DNA of 22,850 bases from a virus: the IMG/VR virus record IMGVR_UViG_3300031417_000382, positions 66,150 to 88,999 of that record; one strand, given 5' to 3'. The notes beneath the pieces were generated by a model. The model was not told where the DNA came from, ran no database searches, and saw nothing but the letters and a program-made list of their open reading frames with translations. The position numbers were made by a program, and so were the translations under genes. Numbering within the stretch: the stretch's first letter is position 1; the number at the start of each line of letters is the position of its first letter. Below are positions 7,401 to 17,001 of this stretch, in pieces.

Positions 7401-10165
7401 ACCATCGCTACAAGCGCGGAGGTCTTTAGATCCCCGATACGACGCACCATGTCACGGTTGAGCTCGTACCTACTGTCGCCACCAACAGCACTCTTCGCTG
7501 CGCGGTCACGGACAATGTTGTCCACGGAGGATAGCTCTTCGTGAAGCTTCGAAGCTTTTGTAGCGTCAGCAATTACTGAGTACTTGTCTCCCTTTTCCGG
7601 CTTGCGACTCACAAAGCTAAAGAGTTCGTCCACTCGCTTGTCGTCGTTGAGAAGAGTTTCCAGTTCACGCTGTGCGGTTTCGAGAGCTGTACGATCGCCT
7701 TTACCGTTAGACGCCTTCATAACGTCAATCGGGCGTACGTTAGCGGTGACGAGCGAGTGAAGTTCTTCGTGAGTGTCTTTCGTGTTAACGCTCGCAAGGG
7801 CTGTGGCCACGAGAGCACTGTTATTCTCGAGTACTCGTCGCTTTTCCTCGCGAGTAGCCTCAGCAGTAGCTGTGCCAGCAGCGTTAGTGATGATGCGACT
7901 GTCGATGAGGGTTCGTGTAAGCTCCGGTGACAATGAGCCGATGTCGTTAGCGCCAAGCGCGGAGACAAGAACTCGATTACTCTGACGGATAGCGTTGAGC
8001 TCGTTCACACTCTTACCGGCGATGTGACCGGATGCAGCAGCCCAGTAAGCATCACGAGTGGTGTTCGACTTCGCTTTGCTTTCGATGTGCGAGGTCATCA
8101 TAGCGTACTGCTCGGAAGCGGAGCGCTCCTTATACTTCGGATCTAGCTTGAGAAGCTCCTTGTGTGCTTTATCCAGTGTGTGAGCTGCTAGTACGTCTGC
8201 CTTCGATGTGATGTGGCGCTTTGCGATGTCTGCGGCTAGCTCATTACCTACGAGCTCTCCAGCCGGCGAGTACTTGGCTACACTGGTGACTGTATCCGGG
8301 ATAGCGACTCCACCGGAGAGCTTACTAATTGCGACACCACGCTGGACTCGCGTGGCGCCGTAAGCGGCTAAGGCGACGTTACCCCCGTTAAGCTCTACAC
8401 CGTTTTCGCTTACGGCTTGGGGGATGATGACGTGACCGGTGGACTTGAACTCGTTTGTTGAGACGCGACGAATAGCACGGCCAATGGCTTGAGTCATAGC
8501 TCGTTCAGAAGTTTTCTCATCGTCCGAGATCACTACAGTGTCGATCTCGTTGATCGATACTCCTTCGGAGAAGATGTCAACATTCGCCAGTACTCGCTTG
8601 TTCGGAGACCAGCCAGCTGCTACGTCCTCTTTCGTGACGCTCTTTCCGTTGAACATGGTGAAAGCTTCTGCGCGAGCTTTTTTGACCTCTGATTCTTCGC
8701 CGGAGTAGGCTGCTCGAGCATCAGCGTGCTCAGCTAGCAAGCGCATACGTGCCTGGCGTCGAAGCTCCGGATCGTTCGAGTCTTTGAGCTTCGCTGCCTC
8801 TCCGAGACTCATGTCGCCACTTTGCTCAAGAGCTACGGCTTTAAAGCTATCCCGGAAAGCCTTAGCCTGTTCAATAGTGCCACAGTAGGCTAGTGCGTTA
8901 TGAACCGGATTAATCGAAGGGTCGCCGTCGGCTACCATGGCGTTAAGAGTTGAGCTCACCGCAGCGTAGGTCTGCACGTTGAGAGGCGGCTGGCCAGGGC
9001 GTAGTTCATTCACGATGGCTCCAGATGCGTCTACGTATCCATCCTTAGCCTGTGTCACGTTTCCACGGATAACAGCTGGTCGAAGCTGGTAATCCGGCTG
9101 TGCAAGAGCCTTGTCATCGATGGCTGTCTGCTGTGAGATGTAGCCGCCGACCTTTCCGACGATTGCTGAATTGTCAGAGTAGACAGTGATGCGAGCCTTG
9201 GGATCGCTATCCATTTTCTCTGCACGGTACTTCATGTGTTCGATCTGCTGAGAAAGCTCGGGCGCTTCGCCGTCGTCGCCGAAGGCAGTAGGAGCGTCAT
9301 CGCTCACCATCTCTTGAAGCACCGGTGTAGCGGTGGCGTAGAGTCTACGAGTAGACTGAATAGCTCCTGGGATGTCGTTGTGGAAGCTGCGATAGCCGGA
9401 GTTAAGGCCTTCTGTCTTGGCACTAGCAGAGCGCTGCTGACCTAGTACGTTGTGAGCTTCATCGTTCATAAGAAGATCTGCTTCAGCCGTTACTCCGGCG
9501 TCGATGAGCGCCTGCTGAACCTCCTGAACTTTGCTGGAAGATTCGTAAGTGGATACCACTATAACTTTCTTCCCTTCCTCCTGAGCTTGCTTCCAAGCTT
9601 CGGCTATTTTCTCAATGGAGACGACGCCGTTCTTGAGGAACTCTTTCGAAGCCGAGTGCACTTCGATTACGCGGTAGTCTTCTCCATACTCACCGAGAGT
9701 ATGATCGTACCAGCCGTCCGCGTTCGGGCGAAGATCAGCCGAGGTGTCTTGAGCTAGCTTGATGCTAGATGTAAGTACTACGGCAACGCCGTTGGCGTCC
9801 TCGTTCTCCATCATGCGCCGCATGAGCTGTCGACCCATGTACGACTTACCGGTTCCACAGGCAGCCACAAGCTGCGTTACGCCGTCTTCCTCAAGAGCAT
9901 CAGCGACGCCGTTAAGAGCGTCAAGCTGAATAGTGCGCGGTGGTAGATCACCGTAGAACACATCAGCAGCGAAGCCGTTCTTTGGGTTTACTGTCGGCTC
10001 GCCTCGCTTCTTTACTACGAAAGCAGATTCGCTCATCGAAGTTTCGTAAGCTGTCTCAGCGTCTTTCTTCGTGTCGAAGTGCTCTCCGCCGAGCGGGCAA
10101 GCGCGAACCGAAGCACGGCAGAGCTTGGGGCCATCATCGGTGAGGTGGTAGCGAGCTGTAGCCAT
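7397..10165 (-). CDS. SF2 (DEAH, Res-subunit-like) helicase with N-terminal HCCH tag
   Basis: Q motif (RTIQLDA), Walker A AACGTGKS, Walker B NDEAH, motif III ATAT, motif V SEGVSINEID, motif VI QAIGRAIR. The first 41 aa are the shared HCCH module. Confidence 0.85.
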   Translation of the reverse strand: MATARYHLTDDGPKLCRASVRACPLGGEHFDTKKDAETAYETSMSESAFVVKKRGEPTVNPKNGFAADVFYGDLPPRTIQLDALNGVADALEEDGVTQLVAACGTGKSYMGRQLMRRMMENEDANGVAVVLTSSIKLAQDTSADLRPNADGWYDHTLGEYGEDYRVIEVHSASKEFLKNGVVSIEKIAEAWKQAQEEGKKVIVVSTYESSSKVQEVQQALIDAGVTAEADLLMNDEAHNVLGQQRSASAKTEGLNSGYRSFHNDIPGAIQSTRRLYATATPVLQEMVSDDAPTAFGDDGEAPELSQQIEHMKYRAEKMDSDPKARITVYSDNSAIVGKVGGYISQQTAIDDKALAQPDYQLRPAVIRGNVTQAKDGYVDASGAIVNELRPGQPPLNVQTYAAVSSTLNAMVADGDPSINPVHNALAYCGTIEQAKAFRDSFKAVALEQSGDMSLGEAAKLKDSNDPELRRQARMRLLAEHADARAAYSGEESEVKKARAEAFTMFNGKSVTKEDVAAGWSPNKRVLANVDIFSEGVSINEIDTVVISDDEKTSERAMTQAIGRAIRRVSTNEFKSTGHVIIPQAVSENGVELNGGNVALAAYGATRVQRGVAISKLSGGVAIPDTVTSVAKYSPAGELVGNELAADIAKRHITSKADVLAAHTLDKAHKELLKLDPKYKERSASEQYAMMTSHIESKAKSNTTRDAYWAAASGHIAGKSVNELNAIRQSNRVLVSALGANDIGSLSPELTRTLIDSRIITNAAGTATAEATREEKRRVLENNSALVATALASVNTKDTHEELHSLVTANVRPIDVMKASNGKGDRTALETAQRELETLLNDDKRVDELFSFVSRKPEKGDKYSVIADATKASKLHEELSSVDNIVRDRAAKSAVGGDSRYELNRDMVRRIGDLKTSALVAMV

Positions 10166-10302
10166 GAAGTAAACCTCTTCTAAGGCGACGTTGTTTTACG
10201 GCGTCGTCGTGTGTTGTGCGTTATAGCCTATCGTTCTCTAACGAGTAAGAAGGTGATATTTGCAGGGACTTGATCGGTTACACCTCTGAAAGGGGCCTCA
10301 AG

Positions 10303-10494
10303 ATGACCATGACAGCCACGGAAACAAAGTACTTCCAGATTCTCGGCGGAAATACTGTGCTCCAGCTTGACAGTAACGGCTGGAATCGCTGGGACTTCCA
10401 CGATGGAGTCGTTCCGACGAGTATTCGATGGGAAGAGAGTAGCAGTAAGCTCAAACGTATCAGCTTCGATGAAGCCGTATCGCTTATGAAGTAA
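10303..10494 (+). CDS. Small hypothetical protein (63 aa, Trp-containing)
   Basis: ATG 10303 with GAAAGGGG upstream; followed by a hairpin. Confidence 0.6.
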   Translation: MTMTATETKYFQILGGNTVLQLDSNGWNRWDFHDGVVPTSIRWEESSSKLKRISFDEAVSLMK

Positions 10495-10498
10495 GGCG

Positions 10499-10533
10499 GC
10501 TGGCCCTGTAGCGAATATTGCTGCAGGGCCAGC
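10499..10533 (+). terminator. 14-bp hairpin
   Basis: GCTGGCCCTGTAGC / GCTGCAGGGCCAGC with one G-U on the plus strand, 4 nt after the stop at 10494. Confidence 0.65.
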
Positions 10534-10687
10534 AGTCTCTCTACTGTAGCGCTGTAACTAAGCACTGATGCTGCGCTTACATACACGAACCCATCTTCGT
10601 GGTAAAGTTGTCTTAGCTTCGCTGGTGTCGTCGCTCGACCCTTACGAGAACTGATAGTTCCCGCGTAAACTTATTGAGGAGCAATCG

Positions 10688-11356
10688 TTGCATCTACTCA
10701 GCTACAACTTATTGAAGAACAAGGCCGTCGGCGAACTCCCAGGTCTGATCAGAAAACATCGACCGGACGTACTCTGCCTTCAAGAAGTAGATGTGCATCT
10801 ACTGCCGAATGAGCTCGAAGGCATGAAGCTCATGATCGGAACTGAGCGTAATCGACTTGGACTCGCGATCTACCTCGATGAAGAGCGTTACGAAGCAGAA
10901 CGTACCGGCTCATTTGCTTTGCGAAGCTCTCACTACGACCGACTGGCTACTCCAGCTCACGAAAGATTGCTAGGAGTCACCGTATCAGCTCGTGAAACAG
11001 GCGAGCGATTCACCGTTGGCTCATTCCATGCATCACCGCTTACAGCGCTCAACGCGATTCGTCGTGATCAGATCCACGCCGGTCTCGACAACCTGAAGAT
11101 GCTCGGCAACGGTGCCCCGCTCATGATGCTCGGAGACTTCAACTACCCAATGTTCCGGCGCCGACTAGCTCAGGAACTTAACACCTCCGGCTTTGATCTC
11201 TTCACTCCTGATAAAGAGACCTACCGAAGCCAGCTCACAACCGGCTACTTTGATTTTGCTGCGGGTAAGAACTTTAGCTTTGAGTGGCTTCACACGCTAA
11301 AGCAGGGGCTTTCGGATCACTTACCGATTTTGCTTAAAGCAGAGCTTGCAGCCTGA
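10688..11356 (+). CDS. Endonuclease/exonuclease/phosphatase (EEP) family protein
   Basis: LLSYNL, PDVLCLQEV, SFH, LGDFN, FD, SDHLP; TTG start with GAGGAG SD. Confidence 0.9.
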   Translation: MHLLSYNLLKNKAVGELPGLIRKHRPDVLCLQEVDVHLLPNELEGMKLMIGTERNRLGLAIYLDEERYEAERTGSFALRSSHYDRLATPAHERLLGVTVSARETGERFTVGSFHASPLTALNAIRRDQIHAGLDNLKMLGNGAPLMMLGDFNYPMFRRRLAQELNTSGFDLFTPDKETYRSQLTTGYFDFAAGKNFSFEWLHTLKQGLSDHLPILLKAELAA

Positions 11357-11357
11357 T

Positions 11358-12542
11358 TTAGAGCCAGTACTGTAGGTGGATCGCAAGTGAGATCTCTGAG
11401 ATCACCGGTAGCCCAAGTTTTCGAGCTTCGATCACCTGCTTATTAGTTGTGTCGTGATGTCCCACCACAATGATAGAAGCCTCTTGAAGCTTCTTCGTGA
11501 TTGTGTGACCCTTACGCGCGTAGAATTTCTGCAGTTCAGTCTGATTCGATGATAGCGCACCGGAGAGCATGAGAGTCGCGTTAGCTGGAAGTAGCTCTAC
11601 GCCGTCACCGTTTCCGACTACCTCATCCTCAGTCTTTGGGAATCCGAGGTCATTGGCTAGACGTGAGAGCAGATACTTACGCTTCCCAAGATGCTTTGAT
11701 GGGAAAGCCACTGTTTCCATTGTAGCGTAAACAGCTTCATGAGTTCGCCGTACTGCAGCAGCTGAAAGACTCTCGCTAGCAATCACCTCAGAGAGAACAG
11801 CTTTTTCTTCAGCCGAAAGACGGAAGTTCAGCGAATAGCGAGCAACAAGCTCGCTGTAGGCAAAAGATTCTCGCTCAACGTCACCGTAGCTTACGTCTTT
11901 AAGCCAGGCAGAGCGTAGTTTGAACAGATCTTCGACGGACAGTCGGTAGATGCTCGGCAAGCGCCGTGCTCTCTGGAATCGCATCGGCCACGGCGTGGCC
12001 TTTGCAAGCGCGAGCTCAAGCTTCTCGCTTTTGCGTTCTGCAGCGATCTGTAGCAGCATCGCCGTGGCTGCAGCGTCGCTAAGCGCTGCGTGTGCCTGAA
12101 GATGTGGAATGTTAAGAGCGTCGGTGACCATTGTAAGCTTACGTTTACCAGTAAGCTCTTGTGCAATCGGCATGGTGTCGATGAACACCGCCTGCTCCAT
12201 ATCTTTGCCGATGGAACCGTACTGTTCAGCATGGTAGATAATCGAGCGCTTCTCAAAACTCGCATTGTGTGCAACAACATAGCGACCGGCGAGGATACTC
12301 ATAAGTTCAGCAAAAGCTATGTCAGCGTCCGGAGAACCTTCAAGCTGCGGCTCATCAATCCCGTGAGCCCACGGGTTACGGATACGTCGATGACTTGTAG
12401 CTAATGTGGTGAACTCACTCTCGATTACGTAGTTAGAATCAAGCAGCACTACGCCGATTTCGAGGATATCTTCCCAGTCTCCAAGACCGCCGGTTTCGAA
12501 GTCAAGCACCGCGAAGCCGGGCTTGTTTGCTTTTGCGCTCAT
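11358..12542 (-). CDS. DEDDh 3'-5' exonuclease (DnaQ/Pol III epsilon-like) with C-terminal BRCT-like domain
   Basis: LDFETGG, VAHNASFE, IDT, AHAALSDA; C-terminal LMLSG...IIVVG...K...ARKLGLPVISE matches BRCT. Confidence 0.85.
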   Translation of the reverse strand: MSAKANKPGFAVLDFETGGLGDWEDILEIGVVLLDSNYVIESEFTTLATSHRRIRNPWAHGIDEPQLEGSPDADIAFAELMSILAGRYVVAHNASFEKRSIIYHAEQYGSIGKDMEQAVFIDTMPIAQELTGKRKLTMVTDALNIPHLQAHAALSDAAATAMLLQIAAERKSEKLELALAKATPWPMRFQRARRLPSIYRLSVEDLFKLRSAWLKDVSYGDVERESFAYSELVARYSLNFRLSAEEKAVLSEVIASESLSAAAVRRTHEAVYATMETVAFPSKHLGKRKYLLSRLANDLGFPKTEDEVVGNGDGVELLPANATLMLSGALSSNQTELQKFYARKGHTITKKLQEASIIVVGHHDTTNKQVIEARKLGLPVISEISLAIHLQYWL

Positions 12543-12637
12543 GGGCCCTCTTTCATCCTAGCCTGTTCTACCGACTTTTTGGAGTTGATACCATAGAGCA
12601 GGTCGAAAAGCGACCGTAACTTCTGAAAGGGCCTGGG

Positions 12638-13243
12638 ATGGCTAAACTGTATTTCCGTCACGGAGTGATGGCTGCTGCCAAGACCTCGAATCTACTGCAA
12701 GTAGAGTTCACCTACAGCCAGGCAGGAATGAAGACAATCCTTGCAAAGCCGGCGGTGGACTCTAAAGGTGGTCCAGCCATCGTCTCGCGCATCGGTCTCT
12801 CTAAAGATGCTGCATTGCTCATCGATGCTGAGATGAACGTGAAGGAGGTCATGCAGAAGCTCATTGAGGAGAATCGCGAAGCCGGTACACCGTTGGCGTG
12901 TCTCCTCATTGACGAAGCACAGTTCCTAAGCCCTAAGCAAGTAGATCAGCTACTCTGGCTCACAGTGTTCGAAGATCTTCCAGTTTTAGCCTACGGTCTT
13001 CGTTCAGACTTCCTTACTCAAGCTTTCCCCGGGTCCGCTCGACTTCTCACCGTTGCTCACAGCATCGAAGAGGTTAAGACGGTGTGCCCGCACGACGGCC
13101 GTAAGGCACTGTTCAACGCTCGCAAGGACAAGAACGGTAACTTCATTAGCAACGGTGATCAGGTAGCCATCGACGGCGAAGGCGTCACCTACGAGTCAAT
13201 TTGCCCGAAGTGCTTCATGGAGAAGGTCGCTCCGTTAGCCTAA
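12638..13243 (+). CDS. tdk: Thymidine kinase (type II)
   Basis: MAKLYFRHGVMAAAKT, LIDEAQFL, YGLRSDF, FPGS..LL, KTVC..GRKA.FNAR, GDQVAIDG, YESICPKC. Confidence 0.93.
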   Translation: MAKLYFRHGVMAAAKTSNLLQVEFTYSQAGMKTILAKPAVDSKGGPAIVSRIGLSKDAALLIDAEMNVKEVMQKLIEENREAGTPLACLLIDEAQFLSPKQVDQLLWLTVFEDLPVLAYGLRSDFLTQAFPGSARLLTVAHSIEEVKTVCPHDGRKALFNARKDKNGNFISNGDQVAIDGEGVTYESICPKCFMEKVAPLA

Positions 13244-13324
13244 ACGCTAGGTTTTGATAGTGTATGTTACGGGAGTGTTACACGACAACGCTGCCGCAGA
13301 ATAACTTACAGGAGACGGCACACA

Positions 13325-13489
13325 ATGTCAAGCAGAATGGATTTTCTCGAAGAGCAGGCACGACAGAGGCCTGACTCTACAGTAGCTATCGGGCTACGCG
13401 CTATTCAAGACGAGCTATGGGCGAAGAAGCATAAGCGACAGGCTGCTGTTCGTGCGTTCTTTACTGGGCTTGTTCGGCGTAAGTACTAA
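13325..13489 (+). CDS. Small basic hypothetical protein (54 aa)
   Basis: Not in the ORF track. MSSRMDFLEEQARQRPDSTVAIGLRAIQDELWAKKHKRQAAVRAFFTGLVRRKY; AGGAG upstream; fills the gap; followed by a hairpin. Confidence 0.6.
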   Translation: MSSRMDFLEEQARQRPDSTVAIGLRAIQDELWAKKHKRQAAVRAFFTGLVRRKY

Positions 13490-13505
13490 TCCTAGCGTCG
13501 CCTCT

Positions 13506-13539
13506 TTCTAGCTCTGCTCTCTTACGAGTGGGGCTAGAA
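13506..13539 (+). terminator. 14-bp hairpin with three G-U pairs between convergent genes
   Basis: TTCTAGCTCTGCTC / GAGTGGGGCTAGAA pairs fully only as plus-strand RNA; followed by TTAGAG at 13543-13548. Confidence 0.5.
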
Positions 13540-13548
13540 GTCTTAGAG

Positions 13549-14070
13549 CTAAACCTCGAGCTTTCCACTGTACCGAGGCAACACTTCGCTCACTCGCGCA
13601 CCCGAAGCCACATCGGCCCAGACTCCCTCAACGATCTCCACAAGGCGATCCACTACGAAGATGGAATCGAGCGTGTCAAGCCCCGCGAGCTGTGTGCAGT
13701 TCTGCAGAAGTCTCACGGCTTCGATGTCGAACTCCGGATACTCGCGAGAGATTAGCTCCTTGGGAAAGACGCTTTCAGCGCCACAGACGTGGCAAAAGTA
13801 CCCTGCGGATTCGGTCTCACGAAGTCTCTTCTGAAGAAGCGTCTCACCCTTAATAAGCTTAAGAGGGACAAGCTTCATGTCGTAGGCTGCCTGATGACAC
13901 GGCGAGTGAAGCGTGATGACTCGCTTACGGGTTCGTGCGCGGGAAATCGAAAGGTTCTGCTGCTTACTGATCTCAATGAGCTCAGTACTGAACGCGAAAC
14001 CAAAGTTGGTCTCATAATAAACCTTACCGGTTCTGCCTAGCTGACTCAACTCTACAAAGTAATCCGCCAT
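13549..14070 (-). CDS. Hypothetical protein with possible Zn ligands (SPCH, CHVC)
   Basis: 173-aa ORF; TATAGT 7 nt before the ATG and no SD suggest leaderless expression. Confidence 0.65.
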   Translation of the reverse strand: MADYFVELSQLGRTGKVYYETNFGFAFSTELIEISKQQNLSISRARTRKRVITLHSPCHQAAYDMKLVPLKLIKGETLLQKRLRETESAGYFCHVCGAESVFPKELISREYPEFDIEAVRLLQNCTQLAGLDTLDSIFVVDRLVEIVEGVWADVASGARVSEVLPRYSGKLEV

Positions 14071-14119
14071 GACGGTAACTATACACCATCACAGCGGATT
14101 ACTAAACGAGTTGTACTAC

Positions 14120-15088
14120 TTAAGCAGCCTTACGGTACTCATCCCGTTTTGCAATGCCCTCGCGGTCAACACCGATGAGAGCACGGAAAGCTTCACGCTG
14201 TAGACTAGACGCATGAGTTACTCGGCTACGAGTAGTGTCAAGTACTCCGCGAGTACGGAACGAGACGTTATTCATGGTTGCGCGAGTGCGCTCTACAGCT
14301 GCTGTTCGAGAGGAGCTGTAAGCCTTGCCGGCCTGACGGAGCAGATTACGGCGCGGGCGAATTACTGAGAGAGCAGCGCCCGCCTGAAGCACCTCAGACT
14401 TACCGAAGCGACCGGTGGCGGTGTTTCGAGTAGTTACCGTGGTGACTCCGTTCACCGTCTTGAACTTAGCAATGACGTTTCCGTTCTCAAGACGATCCCC
14501 AATCTGTAGCTGATCAAGCGTCTGAGGGCGAAGCTTTCCGCCGAGGTTCTTCTCTACTTCGCGAGCCTCTACACGGCGAGTGTTAGCCTCAAGAGCTGTT
14601 CTTTTGTACTCGTTAAAGCGCGCCTTAGTCTCATCACTAGCTTTAGTGAAAGCAACCTTAGCCTCAGTCTTAGCGACCTGGCTTCGAGCCTGCAACTCTA
14701 CCGAAGCCTGACGACTAAGGGCTGAGGCCACTGCATAGGTTTTAATCGCATCACGCTTAGCTTTTTTGAGCTTAAGCTTCACGTCAGCTGGAGCAGATCG
14801 AAGACTCTTGAGTGCCTCTACGGCCTTGACAGCTGGAGCTGAACGCTGCAGCTTTCGACCGAAGCTTGCAATCTTGTCCCGCTTAGTGTAGTACTTCTCT
14901 TTGCGGACCTGAGCAGAGTTTCGCTTTACTGTCTCAAAGCCGCCGAAGGCCTGGGCCATACGCTCTTCATAAAAAGCAGAGGCCTGAGTAACAGTAGCAA
15001 AGTGATTCTCGCCATCGGCACCGTAAGGGCATCGACCATGTTTAGCCTTGCAGAGGCTAGGTCCGTTGGGTGATACGTGGTAAGCCAT
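14120..15088 (-). CDS. Highly basic K/R/A-rich protein with N-terminal HCCH tag
   Basis: MAYHVSPNGPSLCKAKHGRCPYGADGENHFATVTQASAFYE then K/R-rich helices; AAAGGAG SD. Confidence 0.8.
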   Translation of the reverse strand: MAYHVSPNGPSLCKAKHGRCPYGADGENHFATVTQASAFYEERMAQAFGGFETVKRNSAQVRKEKYYTKRDKIASFGRKLQRSAPAVKAVEALKSLRSAPADVKLKLKKAKRDAIKTYAVASALSRQASVELQARSQVAKTEAKVAFTKASDETKARFNEYKRTALEANTRRVEAREVEKNLGGKLRPQTLDQLQIGDRLENGNVIAKFKTVNGVTTVTTRNTATGRFGKSEVLQAGAALSVIRPRRNLLRQAGKAYSSSRTAAVERTRATMNNVSFRTRGVLDTTRSRVTHASSLQREAFRALIGVDREGIAKRDEYRKAA

Positions 15089-15111
15089 ACCTCAGGCTCC
15101 TTTGTGAGTGT

Positions 15112-15462
15112 TTAGCTATCAAACTTCTCTAACATAACCGTGCGCCAGCGCAAGTACTCTTCGATGTGTGCTAGGAAGTCTGAGTCGTTGATGTCATAGA
15201 CACTCTCTTCATCATCTTCTTCAGAGGGAAGAGAGACGAGCAGATCAAGCGACGAGATGATTGAGAACTCTTTACCGATAGCTTCGAAGCTCAATCCGTA
15301 GAGCGATTGGCGTCCATCATCGCCGATGATGAAGCTAAGAGTCATGTCCTCGAGATAGTATGCTTGAAGCTTCTTACCTTCAGCAGTTTCTGATTCGTTG
15401 ACGACGCCTTGTGCTCTGACCGCCTTAGCCAGAGCTTTTACTACGGATGCAGTGATCTTCAT
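15112..15462 (-). CDS. Acidic hypothetical protein (116 aa)
   Basis: ORF with GAAAGG SD, tiling between neighbours. Confidence 0.7.
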   Translation of the reverse strand: MKITASVVKALAKAVRAQGVVNESETAEGKKLQAYYLEDMTLSFIIGDDGRQSLYGLSFEAIGKEFSIISSLDLLVSLPSEEDDEESVYDINDSDFLAHIEEYLRWRTVMLEKFDS

Positions 15463-15516
15463 ATGGAGCCTTTCTCAAAGAGATTAGTGAGGCGTGGTCA
15501 ATATCGAAACGCCTGC

Positions 15517-16137
15517 TTAGAGCGCGTCAGCCTCCTCTTCAAGACTTAGAAGCACATCGTGATAAGCCTCAGCTTCCGCCGGTTCGCTAAAGCACCTTTT
15601 GAGTTCAGCAACTACAAGCTCCTGTGACGTGTGCCCCGGCTCAAAAGCTTCGATTGCACGATAGCTTGGGTGTCCGGAGCGCAGAACCCCACTACGGTAC
15701 GTCTTCTCTTCGAACTGGCCTCGAGAGGCATCGATGATCCAATTGTTAGCCTCGATCCACCAGTGCGCCTTAGCTTCACCGGTAGTGTCAGTATACTCAC
15801 CGCGAATAAGCTTGTGCGGGATACCAGCCTCGACGAGTTTTCGAGAGAGGAAAGCAGATACGCCAAGGCAAACACCCGCCCCGCCGTCGTAGTAATCGTC
15901 GTTATAGTGACGAGCCACATCAGCGAAATTAGCCGCTTTGTGAAGCTTCTTTGGAAGCCCGACCGGAGGCCAGATCAAGCCCGATTCTTCTGGTGACAAC
16001 GCCTCGCGTTCATAAGCAGCACGTGCGGCTTCTGCCGTAGGATGGTGTTCGGTTTCGCCTCCGAATGGGCAGTTGCCGTTCTCAGCTTTACAGCGTCCGG
16101 CGTCACCGCTTTTTGGGTTAATATGGAACCTGTTCAT
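15517..16137 (-). CDS. Transglutaminase/papain-like Cys-His-Asp protein with N-terminal HCCH tag
   Basis: Start moved to ATG 16137 (GGAGG SD), which puts the tag at the N-terminus. GVCLGVSAFL...L...GI....IRG...HWWIE....IIDAS..QF is the C-H-D transglutaminase-like pattern. Confidence 0.75.
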   Translation of the reverse strand: MNRFHINPKSGDAGRCKAENGNCPFGGETEHHPTAEAARAAYEREALSPEESGLIWPPVGLPKKLHKAANFADVARHYNDDYYDGGAGVCLGVSAFLSRKLVEAGIPHKLIRGEYTDTTGEAKAHWWIEANNWIIDASRGQFEEKTYRSGVLRSGHPSYRAIEAFEPGHTSQELVVAELKRCFSEPAEAEAYHDVLLSLEEEADAL

Positions 16138-16335
16138 GGCGCCTCCGTCGGCGTTTCTAAAGTTGCACGCCCCCGCCGCAGTGTGATATGATTTGACTAT
16201 CACATAAGGAGAACTGATCACTATGAAGGTCTTGCGCTAATCGTACACCGCTCGGTGTCCAAGAAGCTCTTTTGAGCTAAGCCAAGAACAGGCTTGAGCG
16301 CGGCTCGCCTGTAAGACCTCAATCATAGGACAGTT

Positions 16336-16944
16336 TTGGAAATCTATCCCTCCATCGCAACTACAGTGAGTAAGACACCGATCATCGCTTTCGATAAGCT
16401 CGATGGTAGTAACATCCGAACAGAGTGGAGCCGTAAGACTGGATTCACAAAGTTCGGAACTCGCAAACGACTACTCGATCCCAACGAAGCTATACTTGGC
16501 GAAGCTGTTGAGCTCTTCCACGAAAGCTACGCGGATGAGCTTGAGCGTATTTTTCGCAAGCAGCGATTCGAGAAAGCCACCGCGTTTCTTGAGTTCGGCG
16601 GTGAGAATTCTTTTGCAGGGCAACATGAGGACGAAGAGCACGAACTTGTACTCTTCGATGTCCAAGTTTATAAGAAAGGGCTGCTTCCGCCGAAGGAGTT
16701 CTTGAAGCTATTCGGCGAACTTCGTACTCCAAAGATTCTCTACGAAGGAGTTGCTAACGCTCCATTTATTGAGACTGTGCGGAGTTCAAAGCTCGACGGC
16801 ATGACTTTTGAAGGTGTTGTCTGTAAAGGAACTCTCGATAGTCGTAGACGCCCTACCATGTTCAAGCTTAAAAGCGAGGCCTGGCTCGATGCTGTAAAGG
16901 CGCGATACGGCCATGATACGAAGGTGCTCGAAGAGCTTATCTAG
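16336..16944 (+). CDS. Minimal ATP-dependent RNA-ligase-like nucleotidyltransferase
   Basis: Motif I FDKLDGSNIR, Ia FGTR, III FLEF, IIIa LFDV, IV EGVVCK, V FKLKS; TTG start with AGGA upstream. Confidence 0.75.
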   Translation: MEIYPSIATTVSKTPIIAFDKLDGSNIRTEWSRKTGFTKFGTRKRLLDPNEAILGEAVELFHESYADELERIFRKQRFEKATAFLEFGGENSFAGQHEDEEHELVLFDVQVYKKGLLPPKEFLKLFGELRTPKILYEGVANAPFIETVRSSKLDGMTFEGVVCKGTLDSRRRPTMFKLKSEAWLDAVKARYGHDTKVLEELI

Positions 16945-16955
16945 AGCTCTCAAAG

Positions 16956-16994
16956 CTAGCTCCCTACTGACAGTGTAAGTCAGTAGGGAGCTAG
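16956..16994. terminator. 16-bp perfect hairpin between convergent genes
   Basis: CTAGCTCCCTACTGAC (16956-16971) / GTCAGTAGGGAGCTAG (16979-16994); TGAGAG follows on minus. Confidence 0.7.
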
Positions 16995-17001
16995 TGTAAG
17001 T

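Noticed and set aside
7397-10165. Type III or type I restriction-modification system
   Set aside because: No methyltransferase or specificity gene nearby and no recognisable nuclease motif in the helicase.
14400-14530. Hint/intein-like fragment LDQLQIGDRL in the basic tagged protein
   Set aside because: No N-terminal Cys block or C-terminal HN motif; too short to support.
16138-16335. tRNA or other ncRNA in the larger intergenic gaps (also 10534-10687 and 21163-21333)
   Set aside because: No cloverleaf, T-loop GTTCRA in context or CCA end seen; only short hairpins.
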